Virus genome (UHGV): UHGV-0203597
Length of the DNA stretch: 41,485 nucleotides
From: a virus
Direction: 5' to 3' (one strand)
Shown here: piece after piece, positions 7,707-16,888 of the stretch
How the letters are laid out: each line of letters starts with the position of its first letter
Numbering within the stretch: position 1 is the stretch's first letter
The notes under the pieces: model-generated
The model's database searches: none
Seen by the model: only the letters and a program-made list of their open reading frames with translations
What the model was told of the DNA's origin: nothing
Made by a program: the position numbers and the translations under genes

Positions 7707-8325
7707 ACAATTCCAGCGAGCTGCTGGTATTAGCGAGGCTCTGGCCGCACGCTGGTTCTCGCATATAACTTCTGCGATGAAAGAGTTTGGTATCAGAAAA
7801 CCCGAAGATCAGGCAATGTTTATTGCTCAGGTCGGGCATGAGTCTGGTGGCTTCACCAGGTTGCAGGAGAATTTCAATTACAGCGTCACCGGACTGGCTA
7901 ACTTCGTTCGTGCCGGTCGTCTTACTCAGGGACAGGCTAACGCATTGGGTCGTCGTGCAGGCGAGCCACCATTGCCACCTGAGCGCCAGCGTGCGATTGC
8001 CAATCTGGTGTACAGCAAACGCATGGGGAACAATGCCTCTGGTGATGGCTGGAATTACCGTGGCCGCGGACTTATCCAGATTACCGGTTTGAATAACTAT
8101 CGTGATTGCGGAAACGGCCTGAAAGTGGACCTGCTGGAGAATCCTGAACTGTTGGCGCAGGACGAATACGCGGCTCGTAGCGCGGCGTGGTTCTTCTCCA
8201 GCAAAGGTTGCATGAAGTATACCGGCGATATTGCACGTGTAACTCTGATTATCAATGGTGGCAGGAATGGCATCGACGACCGGCGCGTGCGGTACATCAC
8301 TGCCAGTAAGGTGCTGGCGGTATGA
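7696..8325 (+). CDS. Endolysin, glycoside hydrolase family 19 (chitinase-like) type
   Basis: 210 aa from MEIKQ; motifs [12 protein letters not shown] and [12 protein letters not shown]; no N-terminal SAR segment. Confidence 0.8.
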   Translation: MEIKQFQRAAGISEALAARWFSHITSAMKEFGIRKPEDQAMFIAQVGHESGGFTRLQENFNYSVTGLANFVRAGRLTQGQANALGRRAGEPPLPPERQRAIANLVYSKRMGNNASGDGWNYRGRGLIQITGLNNYRDCGNGLKVDLLENPELLAQDEYAARSAAWFFSSKGCMKYTGDIARVTLIINGGRNGIDDRRVRYITASKVLAV

Positions 8326-8819
8326 TCTGGGCATTCGCAAAAGCATACCGGAAACAGTTGGTTGTCATGGCGATGCTTGCTGTTCTGGTCATATCAGGAG
8401 TTGTTGCCTGGAATGTGCATGGCAGCCGCCAGTACGATGCCGGGTATGCTCAGGCGAAGGAAGATCAGAAACAGGCTGATGATAAGTTAAGGTCACAGCG
8501 TGAGCAGGAGAAAACACAAATTGAACGTGAAGCACAATCCCGTATCGATGCGGCGCGTGCTGATGCTGAGTATGCTAATTCCGCTGCTGACAGCATGCGC
8601 GCCGAGCTTGACAAAACCAGGCGGCTCGCCGAACACTATACCGGATCTTTCCCCCCTGGCACGCCAGCCAGCAAGGTCATCGGTGTGCTCGCCGACATGC
8701 TTGAAGAAAGCAACCGAGTTTACAACGCAACAGCAGCTGAGGCTGAAAAGTATCGTATCGCAGGGGAATTCTGCGAGCAGCAATACGATTCACTGAAGAA
8801 GCAAAAATCGTGGCACTGA
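8322..8819 (+). CDS. Rz-like inner-membrane spanin
   Basis: 165 aa; N-terminal TM, coiled-coil-like periplasmic part; follows endolysin with ATGA overlap. Confidence 0.6.
   Translation: MIWAFAKAYRKQLVVMAMLAVLVISGVVAWNVHGSRQYDAGYAQAKEDQKQADDKLRSQREQEKTQIEREAQSRIDAARADAEYANSAADSMRAELDKTRRLAEHYTGSFPPGTPASKVIGVLADMLEESNRVYNATAAEAEKYRIAGEFCEQQYDSLKKQKSWH
8548..8796 (+). CDS. Rz1-like outer-membrane lipoprotein spanin embedded in +1 frame of Rz
   Basis: [17 protein letters not shown] with lipobox LTAC; Pro-rich mature part; entirely inside the Rz gene. Confidence 0.45.
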   Translation: MRRVLMLSMLIPLLTACAPSLTKPGGSPNTIPDLSPLARQPARSSVCSPTCLKKATEFTTQQQLRLKSIVSQGNSASSNTIH

Positions 8820-8969
8820 TTTCCGGTGACGGTATATAAAACGGTACGGTGAAAATCATGTTACAGAAAGTTGTTACCAGTCAATTGGTTATGCATGCCG
8901 TAAATAATTGAGTGGGAATGATTAACAGCTAACTCATAGCAACTCATTCCTATTCAGATACTAATTTAA

Positions 8970-9000
8970 CCCTCTGTTTTTACAGAGGGTTTTTGTTTTT
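8970..9000 (+). terminator. Rho-independent terminator at the end of the tailspike-lysis unit
   Basis: ccctctg-ttttta-cagaggg followed by tttttgttttt. Confidence 0.7.
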
Positions 9001-9056
9001 ATGTATTCATTTCTATTCACTCTACACCATATTTTTCGTCGGTACAGGTGACGGTA

Positions 9057-9071
9057 TTACCTTAAAGGTAT
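9057..9071. promoter_or_regulatory. TTACC-N5-GGTAt operator-like site upstream of int
   Basis: ttaccttaaaggtat, 43 nt upstream of the int start. Confidence 0.35.
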
Positions 9072-9113
9072 ACTCTCATACCGTCATGAAAATGGTTTCT
9101 ATACGGGTGAATT

Positions 9114-10370
9114 GTGCTTACCGATACAAAATTAAAAAACCTCAAGCCGCAGGACAAACTGTACAAGGTCTCCGATCGTGACGGGCTGTATGTAGCTGTG
9201 CTTACGTCAGGCACGGTCTCGTTTCGCTATGACTACCGTATCAACGGTCGCCGCGAAACACTGGTAATCGGGCAGTATGGGCGTGACGGTATCAGCCTGG
9301 CAGAAGCGCGAGAAGAACTGATTGCTGCAAAGAAGCTGCTTAAAGCAGGCCAGTCACCGGCTGCGGCTAAACGTGACGGTATTAAAAAGATTCGTGGTGC
9401 CGAGACGTTTGCGGTACATACCGACAGTTATATGAAACACGTCATCCTGGCTGACAGTACCCGCGCAATGAAGCAGGCGGTGATCGACCGTGACATACTT
9501 CCGGTTCTTGGCAACAAAATGATGGCTGAAATTACCACATCAATGGTTCGTGATTTGTGTGACCGGATTGTCGAACGCGGTGGTCGGGCAACAGCAGTAC
9601 AGGCCAGGGAGATCATCAGCAGCGTATACCGTCACGCCAATGACCGTGGTCATGGTTTGTTTAATCCTGCGGCTGACATTAAACCTTCGTCTATCGCCAT
9701 ATTTAAACCACGAGAGCGAACACTGACACCAGAAGAAATTGGTCTGTTCTTCCGCACGCTGGATGCCATTGGTGCTATGGGCACTATGAAAATGGCTTTA
9801 AAGCTGGTGCTTATCACCATGGTTCGTAAGGGAGAATTCACCAATGCAACGTGGGATGAAATAGATTTTAAAAAATGGACATGGACAATTCCTTCAGACC
9901 GCATGAAGGGAAGTCGGGCGCACGTTATTTACCTGCCTAAACAGGCACAGGATATATTAGTCGGGTTGCAGATGTGCGCTGGTGGAAGTGAATATCTGGT
10001 TCCTGGTCGTTACAATTTCCGGAAGCCATTATCTAATGCCGCGCTGAACTCTCTGATCGACAGAACGGTGAAAATAATAAATGAAGATGGTGAGCATATT
10101 CAGGATTTTACTGTACATGATATGCGCCGTACAGCCAGTACATTGTTGCATGAGGCTGGTTATCCTTCAGACTGGATTGAAAAGGCTCTGGCACACGAGC
10201 AGAAAGGTGTGCGCGCCGTATATAACAAAGCGGAATACGCCAGACAGCGCGCCTACATGTTGCAGCAGTGGGCCGATATGATTGATTCCTGGATTAACGG
10301 GGAGCATACGGATCTGATTCCGTTCTCCCCGTCGAAGTTTGAGAAGTGGATGGAAGACAGTAATAAATAA
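9114..10370 (+). CDS. int: Tyrosine integrase (P4-like, N-terminal arm-binding domain)
   Basis: 418 aa, GTG start; N-terminal LTDTKLKNLKP...DGLYV; C-terminal catalytic region with HDMRRTASTLL and terminal Tyr region. Confidence 0.9.
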   Translation: MLTDTKLKNLKPQDKLYKVSDRDGLYVAVLTSGTVSFRYDYRINGRRETLVIGQYGRDGISLAEAREELIAAKKLLKAGQSPAAAKRDGIKKIRGAETFAVHTDSYMKHVILADSTRAMKQAVIDRDILPVLGNKMMAEITTSMVRDLCDRIVERGGRATAVQAREIISSVYRHANDRGHGLFNPAADIKPSSIAIFKPRERTLTPEEIGLFFRTLDAIGAMGTMKMALKLVLITMVRKGEFTNATWDEIDFKKWTWTIPSDRMKGSRAHVIYLPKQAQDILVGLQMCAGGSEYLVPGRYNFRKPLSNAALNSLIDRTVKIINEDGEHIQDFTVHDMRRTASTLLHEAGYPSDWIEKALAHEQKGVRAVYNKAEYARQRAYMLQQWADMIDSWINGEHTDLIPFSPSKFEKWMEDSNK

Positions 10371-10372
10371 TT

Positions 10373-11032
10373 CTATCCTTCCTGGACTTTGGTAAGCGTC
10401 AGATTTCCGCAGAACACTGCGCCGGTGTCGATGTACATTTGGTTTGCATACACCAGTGGGTGATGTGCTGGCGTATGACCGAAGATGAACAAATCGGCAC
10501 CGGTTATCTCCGAGACAATACCGTCCTGCGCGTCGCTAACCCGCTCACGATTCCATATCACCATTTCTTCCGGTACTGGCTTATCGAATGCGTATTCGTT
10601 GTGCGGGTAGTCTGCGTGGCAGATGACGACCTTCTTATTGCCGGTAACCAGTTCGATAATCATCGGGAGGTTGGTAACCTTTGGCAGAAGGTATTTGAGT
10701 TGCACATCCTGCTCAGAATCAAGTTGGTGCCACCATCCACCGCCGTTTGACATCCAATGTCCGAAACTTCCGCCGTTGACCAGTGCATCCAGCATCATCT
10801 GCTCATGGTTGCCACGAACAGCTCGGAACCACGGCATAGTAATCAAATCCAGGCATTCGACGTTTTCAGCGCCGCGGTCAACAAGGTCACCAACGGAAAT
10901 AAGCAAATCGCGCGCCGGGTCGAATGAAACTTTGTCGAGTTCGTTCATCAGCAGCGTGTAGCACCCATGCAGATCGCCGACGACGAAGATATTGCACCAG
11001 TCAGCGCCATTGATGCGTTGATATAGGTTCAT
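10373..11032 (-). CDS. Ser/Thr protein phosphatase (PPP / lambda-phosphatase-like)
   Basis: 220 aa from MNLYQRI; motifs VVGDLHG, GDLVDRG, GNHE. Confidence 0.85.
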   Translation of the reverse strand: MNLYQRINGADWCNIFVVGDLHGCYTLLMNELDKVSFDPARDLLISVGDLVDRGAENVECLDLITMPWFRAVRGNHEQMMLDALVNGGSFGHWMSNGGGWWHQLDSEQDVQLKYLLPKVTNLPMIIELVTGNKKVVICHADYPHNEYAFDKPVPEEMVIWNRERVSDAQDGIVSEITGADLFIFGHTPAHHPLVYANQMYIDTGAVFCGNLTLTKVQEG

Positions 11033-11679
11033 GCTGCACGCTCCCGCCCCTGGTTGTCTGTTGGTGACAGCGGAGCATTGCTGAATGCATTTGTTAATCC
11101 GCCGATATCCAACGCGTATCCAGGGTGTAGTTGCACTGCCGGGTCTTCGCACTGATTACCCCAAACATCGAAGCCATGAGACGTCTGGCGGGCGAACAGT
11201 TCAATGCGAGAAACATCGCCTAATAATTGCACAAGTTTTTCACGAACGATATCTGGCTTTCTTGAATGCTCAAGCCGCGGTGCGGTAAATGACTGAACGA
11301 TCCCTGCATTAATGCGCGTAGGTAGTTTTCCCTTTACCGCAAACAGGCAATCTTCACTATTGGCGCGAGTCATGTGTCCCATACCCATAACCAGTTTATC
11401 TGGTTGTCGACTACCACATTTTATCCACGTGAAGCCCTTCATCGTCATCAGACGGAATCCCCAGGCTTCAACAACTTTTAGTGCTTCGAGTGGTTGTGTT
11501 GGCACCCACCACATGGCCAACAGACAGTTTTCATCGGCCAAATCCCACACAGGAAGGCGGCAGATATCCAGCACACTCATAACCGGATATTTAAAACCGG
11601 CACCGCGATTACCATCTGCGGCTTTGTCCCGGTATACCCAGGGTGGATCTGCATAGATTAGTGTGTATTTCTTAGTCAT
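11029..11679 (-). CDS. DNA N6-adenine methyltransferase, MT-A70-like (no restriction partner present)
   Basis: 216 aa from [14 protein letters not shown]; DPPW catalytic motif; 4-nt overlap with phosphatase start. Confidence 0.8.
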   Translation of the reverse strand: MTKKYTLIYADPPWVYRDKAADGNRGAGFKYPVMSVLDICRLPVWDLADENCLLAMWWVPTQPLEALKVVEAWGFRLMTMKGFTWIKCGSRQPDKLVMGMGHMTRANSEDCLFAVKGKLPTRINAGIVQSFTAPRLEHSRKPDIVREKLVQLLGDVSRIELFARQTSHGFDVWGNQCEDPAVQLHPGYALDIGGLTNAFSNAPLSPTDNQGRERAA

Positions 11680-11971
11680 AAACCACCCCACAACATCCTA
11701 TGCCGCTATAGTCGCCACGGCGAAGGCCGTTACCTTTTGTGATACATTGGTCCCTGCGAACCGCGATCCTTGCACGTTCAACATCACCAGAAGCAACATC
11801 CATACACTGAAGCCAAAGGTGAGCGGCAATGCGGAATTGCCCTTTTTTCTCTCTTTCAATCGCGCGTTTTTCGATCTCTATCGCCGCAGGAGTAACGGCG
11901 ACAATCTTTGACGGACTGCGCATTGAAACCTTATTCATGTGATATTTTTCAAGTCGGCTTAACTTTCTCAC
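11672..11971 (-). CDS. PerC-like putative transcriptional regulator (start uncertain)
   Basis: Pattern GQFRIAAHLWLQC...RARIAVRRDQC recalled as PerC-like; candidate starts GTG 11971, ATG 11938, ATG 11923. Confidence 0.35.
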   Translation of the reverse strand: MRKLSRLEKYHMNKVSMRSPSKIVAVTPAAIEIEKRAIEREKKGQFRIAAHLWLQCMDVASGDVERARIAVRRDQCITKGNGLRRGDYSGIGCCGVVYD

Positions 11972-12080
11972 TTAATCCAACCCTCTCTGAAAATTAATGC
12001 CAGCAGATAAAGCCATGCTGAAACAGAGGCCAGGAATAAGTACCATCCTGACCATTTGCTCCAGTGCCTTAGCAGCGCAC

Positions 12081-12329
12081 TCATGCAGCGTTGCTCACGG
12101 GACGATATACACGTTGCTGAACAGGAGGCTTTTTACCCTGGAACTCTGCCGGGCTTGCTGCCTGACGTTCATCAAGCCAACGCTCAACTTCATCACGGTT
12201 CCATGCGCAGCGTTTATCGGTGATATACCAGCGTTTAGGAAATTCCCCTGCGCGCTCCATACGGTCGATAGTGCTCCATGACAGTGGCACCACCGCCAGG
12301 AGTTCTTTCTTACCTAATGCACCTTTCAT
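12081..12329 (-). CDS. AlpA-family excisionase / DNA-binding regulator
   Basis: 82 aa; LLAVVPLSWSTIDRMERAGEFPKR...WNRDEVERWL resembles AlpA/Xis winged HTH; AGAGAGG RBS. Confidence 0.6.
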   Translation of the reverse strand: MKGALGKKELLAVVPLSWSTIDRMERAGEFPKRWYITDKRCAWNRDEVERWLDERQAASPAEFQGKKPPVQQRVYRPVSNAA

Positions 12330-12378
12330 GAATACCTCTCTTGGTTGCAGTGCGGCGCACGTGGCGCCGCGGTGGTGG

Positions 12379-13320
12379 TTACATAGATGTTTCGTTTAAT
12401 TCTTCCCGACGAACGCTGTAAACGTCGGTTGCTTTTGCCAGCAGTTCGTCATCATCTGAAAGTTTTTGTGCAATGTATTTGTAAGCCTTATCCAGTTCGG
12501 AGACAGTGCTGTAATTCATCGCTGCGCTGGTAAAGGCCATCAGCATTTCTTCTGGATCACGGCTGTCCGATTTACGCGTTTGCTCATCAGGCTTTTTCGC
12601 TGGTTTAGCGTTGATCAGACTGTTCATTCCCGCAGCAGTGGTCGTTTGCGGAGTAATGTCTCGCTCAACGCGCGGTGCCGTTTCCTGTAATTCGTCTGGG
12701 GTGTAGACGCCCATGATTACGTCAGGACAGTGCAGGCGAGACCAGCGTTTTGTCGCAAGGTATGCGAGTTGTTGTTTCGGATCACTGGCCCAAAGTGTGG
12801 AGTTTCTTACCTGTGCTTGAGACAGCATTAACTCAAGCACTCGAGGTTGATCCTCGCCCTTCATGGTTGCCCATACGCGAACACCGCAGCCTTCTTCGTC
12901 TTTTAGAGTCCAGCCTGGTGCGATATATGGATTGCCGTTTTTGGATGTTTTCTCAACAAACTTACCGATCACGCGTTCCCACGGCCCGAACCACTCGTAG
13001 TTGATGCGATCTTTTGTTGGCGACATCGTTGAGATAACTGCGTTTACTAATTGGGCTTCATAACCTAGCGTGCCGTTCACAACATGGGTTTTCTGAGCCA
13101 CGGCAAACGGGTTCATTCCCCACTGCGCAGCCTGCATTGCCACGGCCATGCAATCAGCTGGTTTCCCGGCGAGGTGCGCCGGTACCGTTACGCGGCTTTG
13201 CGCCATTACCTCGGCGAATTTCATCAGTTGGTTCAAGCCGTCTGGGCTGAAAATAGTTGCAGCAGTTCCAGCGATTGCTGTGTCTACTGGTGCGTTGATG
13301 TTTGCGATGTCGTTGCTCAT
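12379..13320 (-). CDS. Single-strand annealing recombinase (RecT/Red-beta superfamily)
   Basis: 314 aa from MSNDIANI; motif similarities to Bet/RecT (AQWGMNP, WASDPKQQLAYLATKRW); start overlaps exonuclease stop. Confidence 0.65.
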   Translation of the reverse strand: MSNDIANINAPVDTAIAGTAATIFSPDGLNQLMKFAEVMAQSRVTVPAHLAGKPADCMAVAMQAAQWGMNPFAVAQKTHVVNGTLGYEAQLVNAVISTMSPTKDRINYEWFGPWERVIGKFVEKTSKNGNPYIAPGWTLKDEEGCGVRVWATMKGEDQPRVLELMLSQAQVRNSTLWASDPKQQLAYLATKRWSRLHCPDVIMGVYTPDELQETAPRVERDITPQTTTAAGMNSLINAKPAKKPDEQTRKSDSRDPEEMLMAFTSAAMNYSTVSELDKAYKYIAQKLSDDDELLAKATDVYSVRREELNETSM

Positions 13321-14138
13321 ATGTACATATCCTGTTTGCGTGCCCACTCAGGGCGTTTAATGATTTCCACACCGCCCCATTCATCATTGATGCGGCATTC
13401 GTGATAGGTATTCAGATCCCGGCGGAACAGAGCGTGCCCGGCATCGACATCCTGCGCATCCAGCTCGAACACGCGTACCGGATACCGACCACAATCAATG
13501 CTTTCGCTCACGGCAAGAAAGAAAAAACCATGCGGCTGACCAGTAACCCTCATTGCGCCTTCGCGGTACATTGCGTCCTGCACGTGGTAGCGGAATTCCT
13601 CGATGTGGCGTGCAAAACGGTCCATATCTGCAACCTTTTTCACGTCGACGATCACGTTGTGCTCGTTCAGCCATTTGTCTGGACGAATTCGGCACAACTC
13701 CCCCGTCTCTTCATCGTTCCAGTACATTGATGCTTCGCAGTAACCAGGTGCTTCCAGCATCCAGCGTGCCGCCGGGTGAGCCATTGCGCTATCACGCATC
13801 AGCTCCAGTTTCCGCCACTGCTCGGCATCAAGTACCGTAATCCCCATATCCGCCACATCACGAAGAAATTCCTCTTCGTCAGCTTTACCTTGTTTCGTCC
13901 GACGATCGAATTTCGGTGAAACAATGAAGCGTTTGTCGAACTCTCCAGGCTCCAGAAGCAGACAGTGCAATGCGGTTCCCATATCCAGTGCAGACTTTTT
14001 CTCTTCGTCTTCTGGTGCTGCCTGAACCCATTTAAGAAGCGCCGGATTCTTGGCAACCATGTCCAGTTGCGACTTACTCACGCCGTCACCGGCGTGGTAG
14101 TCTTCGTTGCTGATGTCGAAATAAATTCCCGGTTTCAT
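13317..14138 (-). CDS. Putative recombination exonuclease, PD-(D/E)XK type (RecE-like)
   Basis: 273 aa; nuclease-like motif IVDVKK; paired upstream of the annealing protein. Confidence 0.55.
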   Translation of the reverse strand: MKPGIYFDISNEDYHAGDGVSKSQLDMVAKNPALLKWVQAAPEDEEKKSALDMGTALHCLLLEPGEFDKRFIVSPKFDRRTKQGKADEEEFLRDVADMGITVLDAEQWRKLELMRDSAMAHPAARWMLEAPGYCEASMYWNDEETGELCRIRPDKWLNEHNVIVDVKKVADMDRFARHIEEFRYHVQDAMYREGAMRVTGQPHGFFFLAVSESIDCGRYPVRVFELDAQDVDAGHALFRRDLNTYHECRINDEWGGVEIIKRPEWARKQDMYI

Positions 14139-14434
14139 GCCGCGTCCCTCTGCCCATCAAGCTGATCAGCCAGATCCCAGCGGGCGATAATTGCCATTGC
14201 CTCGCGCCGGTAGGCATCCATTAGTTCTTCGAACTCAGGGCTGTCTTTAGCGGCCTCCAGTACTTCCTGGCGAACGCCTTTAACTGTTACAACGTCGAAA
14301 GTTGATGCCAGTTGATGAAGCCGGATACTCTCAATCAGTTCAACTTGTCGGTCATATAGCTGTTCTGACAGACGGTAGTCCTTGTCGAATGCCAGCATGA
14401 TTTTTTGAAGATTTTTCTGCTGATTAACGTTCAT
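14135..14434 (-). CDS. Hypothetical early protein
   Basis: 99 aa from MNVNQQ; GGAGGG RBS; in leftward early operon. Confidence 0.45.
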   Translation of the reverse strand: MNVNQQKNLQKIMLAFDKDYRLSEQLYDRQVELIESIRLHQLASTFDVVTVKGVRQEVLEAAKDSPEFEELMDAYRREAMAIIARWDLADQLDGQRDAA

Positions 14435-14436
14435 TA

Positions 14437-14589
14437 TCAGCCCTCCCATATCTCGTTATCGTTGGCCACATCGCGAGCTTCTTTGCTGACGAAAGCCCAC
14501 TTAATGCCTTCCTGTAAGGTGCGGAACTTCCAGCTCATGAATCCGCATGCAGTAACGCAGTACCAACCGTTGATGATTTTCCACTGCAT
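14437..14589 (-). CDS. Small ORF (50 aa), first gene of leftward operon; function unknown
   Basis: MQWKIINGWYCVTACGF...; GAGG about 10 nt upstream; stop overlaps next start; below ORF-track length cut-off. Confidence 0.3.
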   Translation of the reverse strand: MQWKIINGWYCVTACGFMSWKFRTLQEGIKWAFVSKEARDVANDNEIWEG

Positions 14590-14608
14590 AACTTGTTACC
14601 TCGGTCTG

Positions 14609-14623
14609 TTACCGTTGAGGTAA
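14609..14623. promoter_or_regulatory. TTACC-N5-GGTAA operator-like palindrome (left operator region)
   Basis: ttaccgttgaggtaa. Confidence 0.5.
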
Positions 14624-14670
14624 TAATTATGCGTATATGGTTTGATGTCAATAGATATGAGTTAAAAAAA

Positions 14671-14685
14671 TTACCCGTTAGGTAA
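14671..14685. promoter_or_regulatory. TTACC-N5-GGTAA operator-like palindrome (left operator region)
   Basis: ttacccgttaggtaa. Confidence 0.5.
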
Positions 14686-14704
14686 TCGAATAGGCAATAA
14701 AAAA

Positions 14705-14720
14705 GCCGCCATAAGGCGGC
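14705..14720 (-). terminator. Terminator hairpin downstream of the repressor gene
   Basis: gccgcc-ataa-ggcggc flanked by A/T tracts; T-tract follows on the minus strand. Confidence 0.6.
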
Positions 14721-14742
14721 TTACTTACTGAAAAATATGGTT

Positions 14743-15327
14743 TTATTGTTTGTTTTTTTCGTTCTGGTTGATGACAAATTCAATGTAACTTTCGATCTTT
14801 GCTTTCTCGGTTTCGGGTAACAATGCGTAGCGTGAGCGGTCATAGTTGATAGTCGCAGGGTCGTGCGGGTGAATCAGTAGTTCATATCCGTGACGCCCGA
14901 ATGCGGATGCAACATTCTCCAGGGTGGAAATGGAAACGCTGACCTCATTGTTTAACAGGCGGCTGATTGTCACCTGGGCGACGCCGGATGCGCGGTGAAG
15001 TTTTCCCTGAGTTGAAAGGTCGCGGCTTTCACTCATCCAGCGTTCCAGGTTGTGAGCTGCCAGCTGACCAATGTCGCTTGGGCCGACAGGCTGAAAACCT
15101 TCCTGAGAAAGCGAGCGATCGATATCAAGCCAGTTACGGGGTTTATTGGCGGCAGCTTCAATTTTTCGCGCAACCTGGTCGCCGATAACCTTCTTGCCAA
15201 GAGCCCAGCGGTTTACCAGATTTGCCTGAGTTCCAAGTTTTTCTGCCATCCGCGTCTGAACACCATTGAATTCACGGTCGATCAAGTCGTTGAGATTTTG
15301 CCTGCGGACGTCCTGGATACTTTTCAT
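14743..15327 (-). CDS. Prophage repressor, two HTH domains, no LexA-like autocleavage domain
   Basis: 194 aa; HTH-like segments near residues 25-45 and 105-130; no Ala-Gly/Ser-Lys protease module; flanked by operator palindromes on both sides. Confidence 0.6.
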   Translation of the reverse strand: MKSIQDVRRQNLNDLIDREFNGVQTRMAEKLGTQANLVNRWALGKKVIGDQVARKIEAAANKPRNWLDIDRSLSQEGFQPVGPSDIGQLAAHNLERWMSESRDLSTQGKLHRASGVAQVTISRLLNNEVSVSISTLENVASAFGRHGYELLIHPHDPATINYDRSRYALLPETEKAKIESYIEFVINQNEKNKQ

Positions 15328-15382
15328 TTTCTGGAAAATCGCCTCATATATGAATCAGTAGATGATTCAATTTAAAGCAATA

Positions 15383-15397
15383 TTACCCAACAGGTAA
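15383..15397. promoter_or_regulatory. TTACC-N5-GGTAA operator-like palindrome (right operator region)
   Basis: ttacccaacaggtaa between divergent repressor and cro-like genes. Confidence 0.5.
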
Positions 15398-15430
15398 ATG
15401 CACCCCATAGGTAACTATCCTTGATTTTTG

Positions 15431-15445
15431 TTACCTTATGGGTGA
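15431..15445. promoter_or_regulatory. TTACC-N5-GGTgA operator-like site (right operator region)
   Basis: ttaccttatgggtga, one mismatch. Confidence 0.4.
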
Positions 15446-15481
15446 ATATTTATTATCTGAAATAAATATCAGGCAATAGCT

Positions 15482-15712
15482 ATGAGCGATAACGGACATT
15501 TCGATTTCAAAAAGCACTGGCTTGCACTTACTCCGGATGAGCGTGAAGCCTTCGCACAGGAAGCCGGAACGACGAGTCACTATATCCAGACTCACTTAAC
15601 AGGTAAGCGCAAAATGCCAGGTAAGGTATTGATGAATGGGCTTTTTAAAGCATGTAAAACAAGACAATGGCTGCGCTCAAAAGCGGAACTGGCATACTTC
15701 TTCTACTCATGA
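15482..15712 (+). CDS. Cro/CII-position small HTH regulator
   Basis: 76 aa; divergent from repressor; HTH-like EAFAQEAGTTSHYIQTHLTGKRK. Confidence 0.5.
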   Translation: MSDNGHFDFKKHWLALTPDEREAFAQEAGTTSHYIQTHLTGKRKMPGKVLMNGLFKACKTRQWLRSKAELAYFFYS

Positions 15713-15734
15713 TATCTGGCAACAACCCTCTGTA

Positions 15735-15758
15735 GACCGCCATCCGGCGGTCTTTTCA
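15735..15758 (+). terminator. Terminator after cro-like gene
   Basis: gaccgcc-atcc-ggcggtc then tttt. Confidence 0.6.
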
Positions 15759-15767
15759 TATCTATTC

Positions 15768-15782
15768 GTACCTCAAAGGTAA
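15768..15782. promoter_or_regulatory. gTACC-N5-GGTAA operator-like site
   Basis: gtacctcaaaggtaa just after the cro terminator. Confidence 0.35.
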
Positions 15783-15862
15783 TAAAAAACCAAATCCGGT
15801 TGATCTTTTTTTTGTGTCAGCACAAAATAACCGTAATCCCAATACTAATAACAGGGCTTACC

Positions 15863-16063
15863 ATGGAAATCATTACACGTATTGATGCCGCAAAGCGCGG
15901 ACTTAAACGCTACTACACCGGAAAACCATGTAAGCACGGACATGACAGTGAACGCTGGGTTTACAACGGACACTGTGTTGAGTGCACCATGGAGTCAAAC
16001 CGTCGCATCAGGGCAGAGATTAAGCAGATCATGATTAATTCCTCCCCACAACATTCAAGCTGA
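15863..16063 (+). CDS. Small Cys/His-rich (zinc-finger-like) protein
   Basis: 66 aa from MEIITR; C-x3-H-x-H ... H-C-x2-C spacing; occupies the cII position. Confidence 0.4.
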   Translation: MEIITRIDAAKRGLKRYYTGKPCKHGHDSERWVYNGHCVECTMESNRRIRAEIKQIMINSSPQHSS

Positions 16064-16078
16064 TAGCGGAGATTAATC

Positions 16079-16888
16079 ATGAGCAGACATGCAACAGATT
16101 GGGCTTGGGAGACAGATCCAGGTAGCTCATCATTAAAGCTCATACTGCTCTCGATGGCTGACAGAGCCGATGAATATAACCTCTGCTACCCCAGCATAGA
16201 ACGCCTCGTTAAAGACACTTGCCTGAATAAAAAAACCGTGCAGGCCGGGCTTATATCGCTCATGAAAATGGGGATTATTTCAGATACCGGAGAGAGAAAG
16301 GGAGCGACAAAAAGAGTGCGGGTTTTCTCTCTTAATATAACCAAAAACGGGAACATTAAAGGCAACCGGGAGGGGGGCAATGAACCCGAAAACGGGAATA
16401 TACCCGAAAACGGGAATATACCCAAAAACGGGAATATACCCAAAAACGGGATGTTGAATGATCCCAAAAACGGGATCCAGAACCAGTCATATAACCAGTC
16501 ATTTAACCAAGAGAGGGAGAGCAGGACAAAAAGCGGGGATTCTGTGCCTCATGACCCCGGAGCAAACAACGCCGTGATGAATAACTTTGTTCCTCCTGGT
16601 GGGCCAGGGCAATTAGGCAAATTTGTCATGCATGAACAATGGCAGCCATCAGATGACTTTCTTCGGAAAAGCTCATTGCAGGGGATCTACCTGGACAGTC
16701 TGCCAACGGCACAGGAACTTGCAGAGTTCAGAATTTACTGGATGGCTGAGGGTAAGGCATACCATCAGGCACAGTGGGAGCAGAAGCTGGCAAGGCGGCT
16801 GCAGATTAGCAGACAGAAGCAATCAACATTACCTGATAACAACGTTCCGCACTGGAACAGCCCTGAAGCATGGGAGGATTTCTTGTGA
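16079..16888 (+). CDS. Replication initiator (lambda O-like role) with N-terminal HTH domain and internal iterons
   Basis: 269 aa; N-terminal winged-HTH-like segment; internal ENGNIP peptide repeats from DNA iterons; translationally coupled to P-like gene. Confidence 0.6.
   Translation: MSRHATDWAWETDPGSSSLKLILLSMADRADEYNLCYPSIERLVKDTCLNKKTVQAGLISLMKMGIISDTGERKGATKRVRVFSLNITKNGNIKGNREGGNEPENGNIPENGNIPKNGNIPKNGMLNDPKNGIQNQSYNQSFNQERESRTKSGDSVPHDPGANNAVMNNFVPPGGPGQLGKFVMHEQWQPSDDFLRKSSLQGIYLDSLPTAQELAEFRIYWMAEGKAYHQAQWEQKLARRLQISRQKQSTLPDNNVPHWNSPEAWEDFL
16385..16474 (+). repeat. Iterons: five copies of CCC(G/A)AAAACGGG, four at 18-bp spacing (putative origin)
   Basis: Copies at 16385, 16403, 16421, 16439, 16463; each is an internal palindrome; followed by aaccagtcat x2. 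Confidence 0.6.

Noticed and set aside
8970-8989. CTGT-N4-ACAG inside the late terminator as a LexA-like site
   Set aside because: Spacing is 4 rather than 8 nt and the sequence is a GC-stem terminator hairpin.
11672-11971. Exact start of the PerC-like gene
   Set aside because: Three in-frame candidate starts (GTG 11971, ATG 11938, ATG 11923) with comparable weak RBS support; left as the longest frame rather than asserting one.
16385-16474. Tandem repeats as a possible CRISPR array
   Set aside because: Repeats are 12 bp with 6-bp spacing inside a coding gene with no unique spacers; they fit replication-origin iterons.
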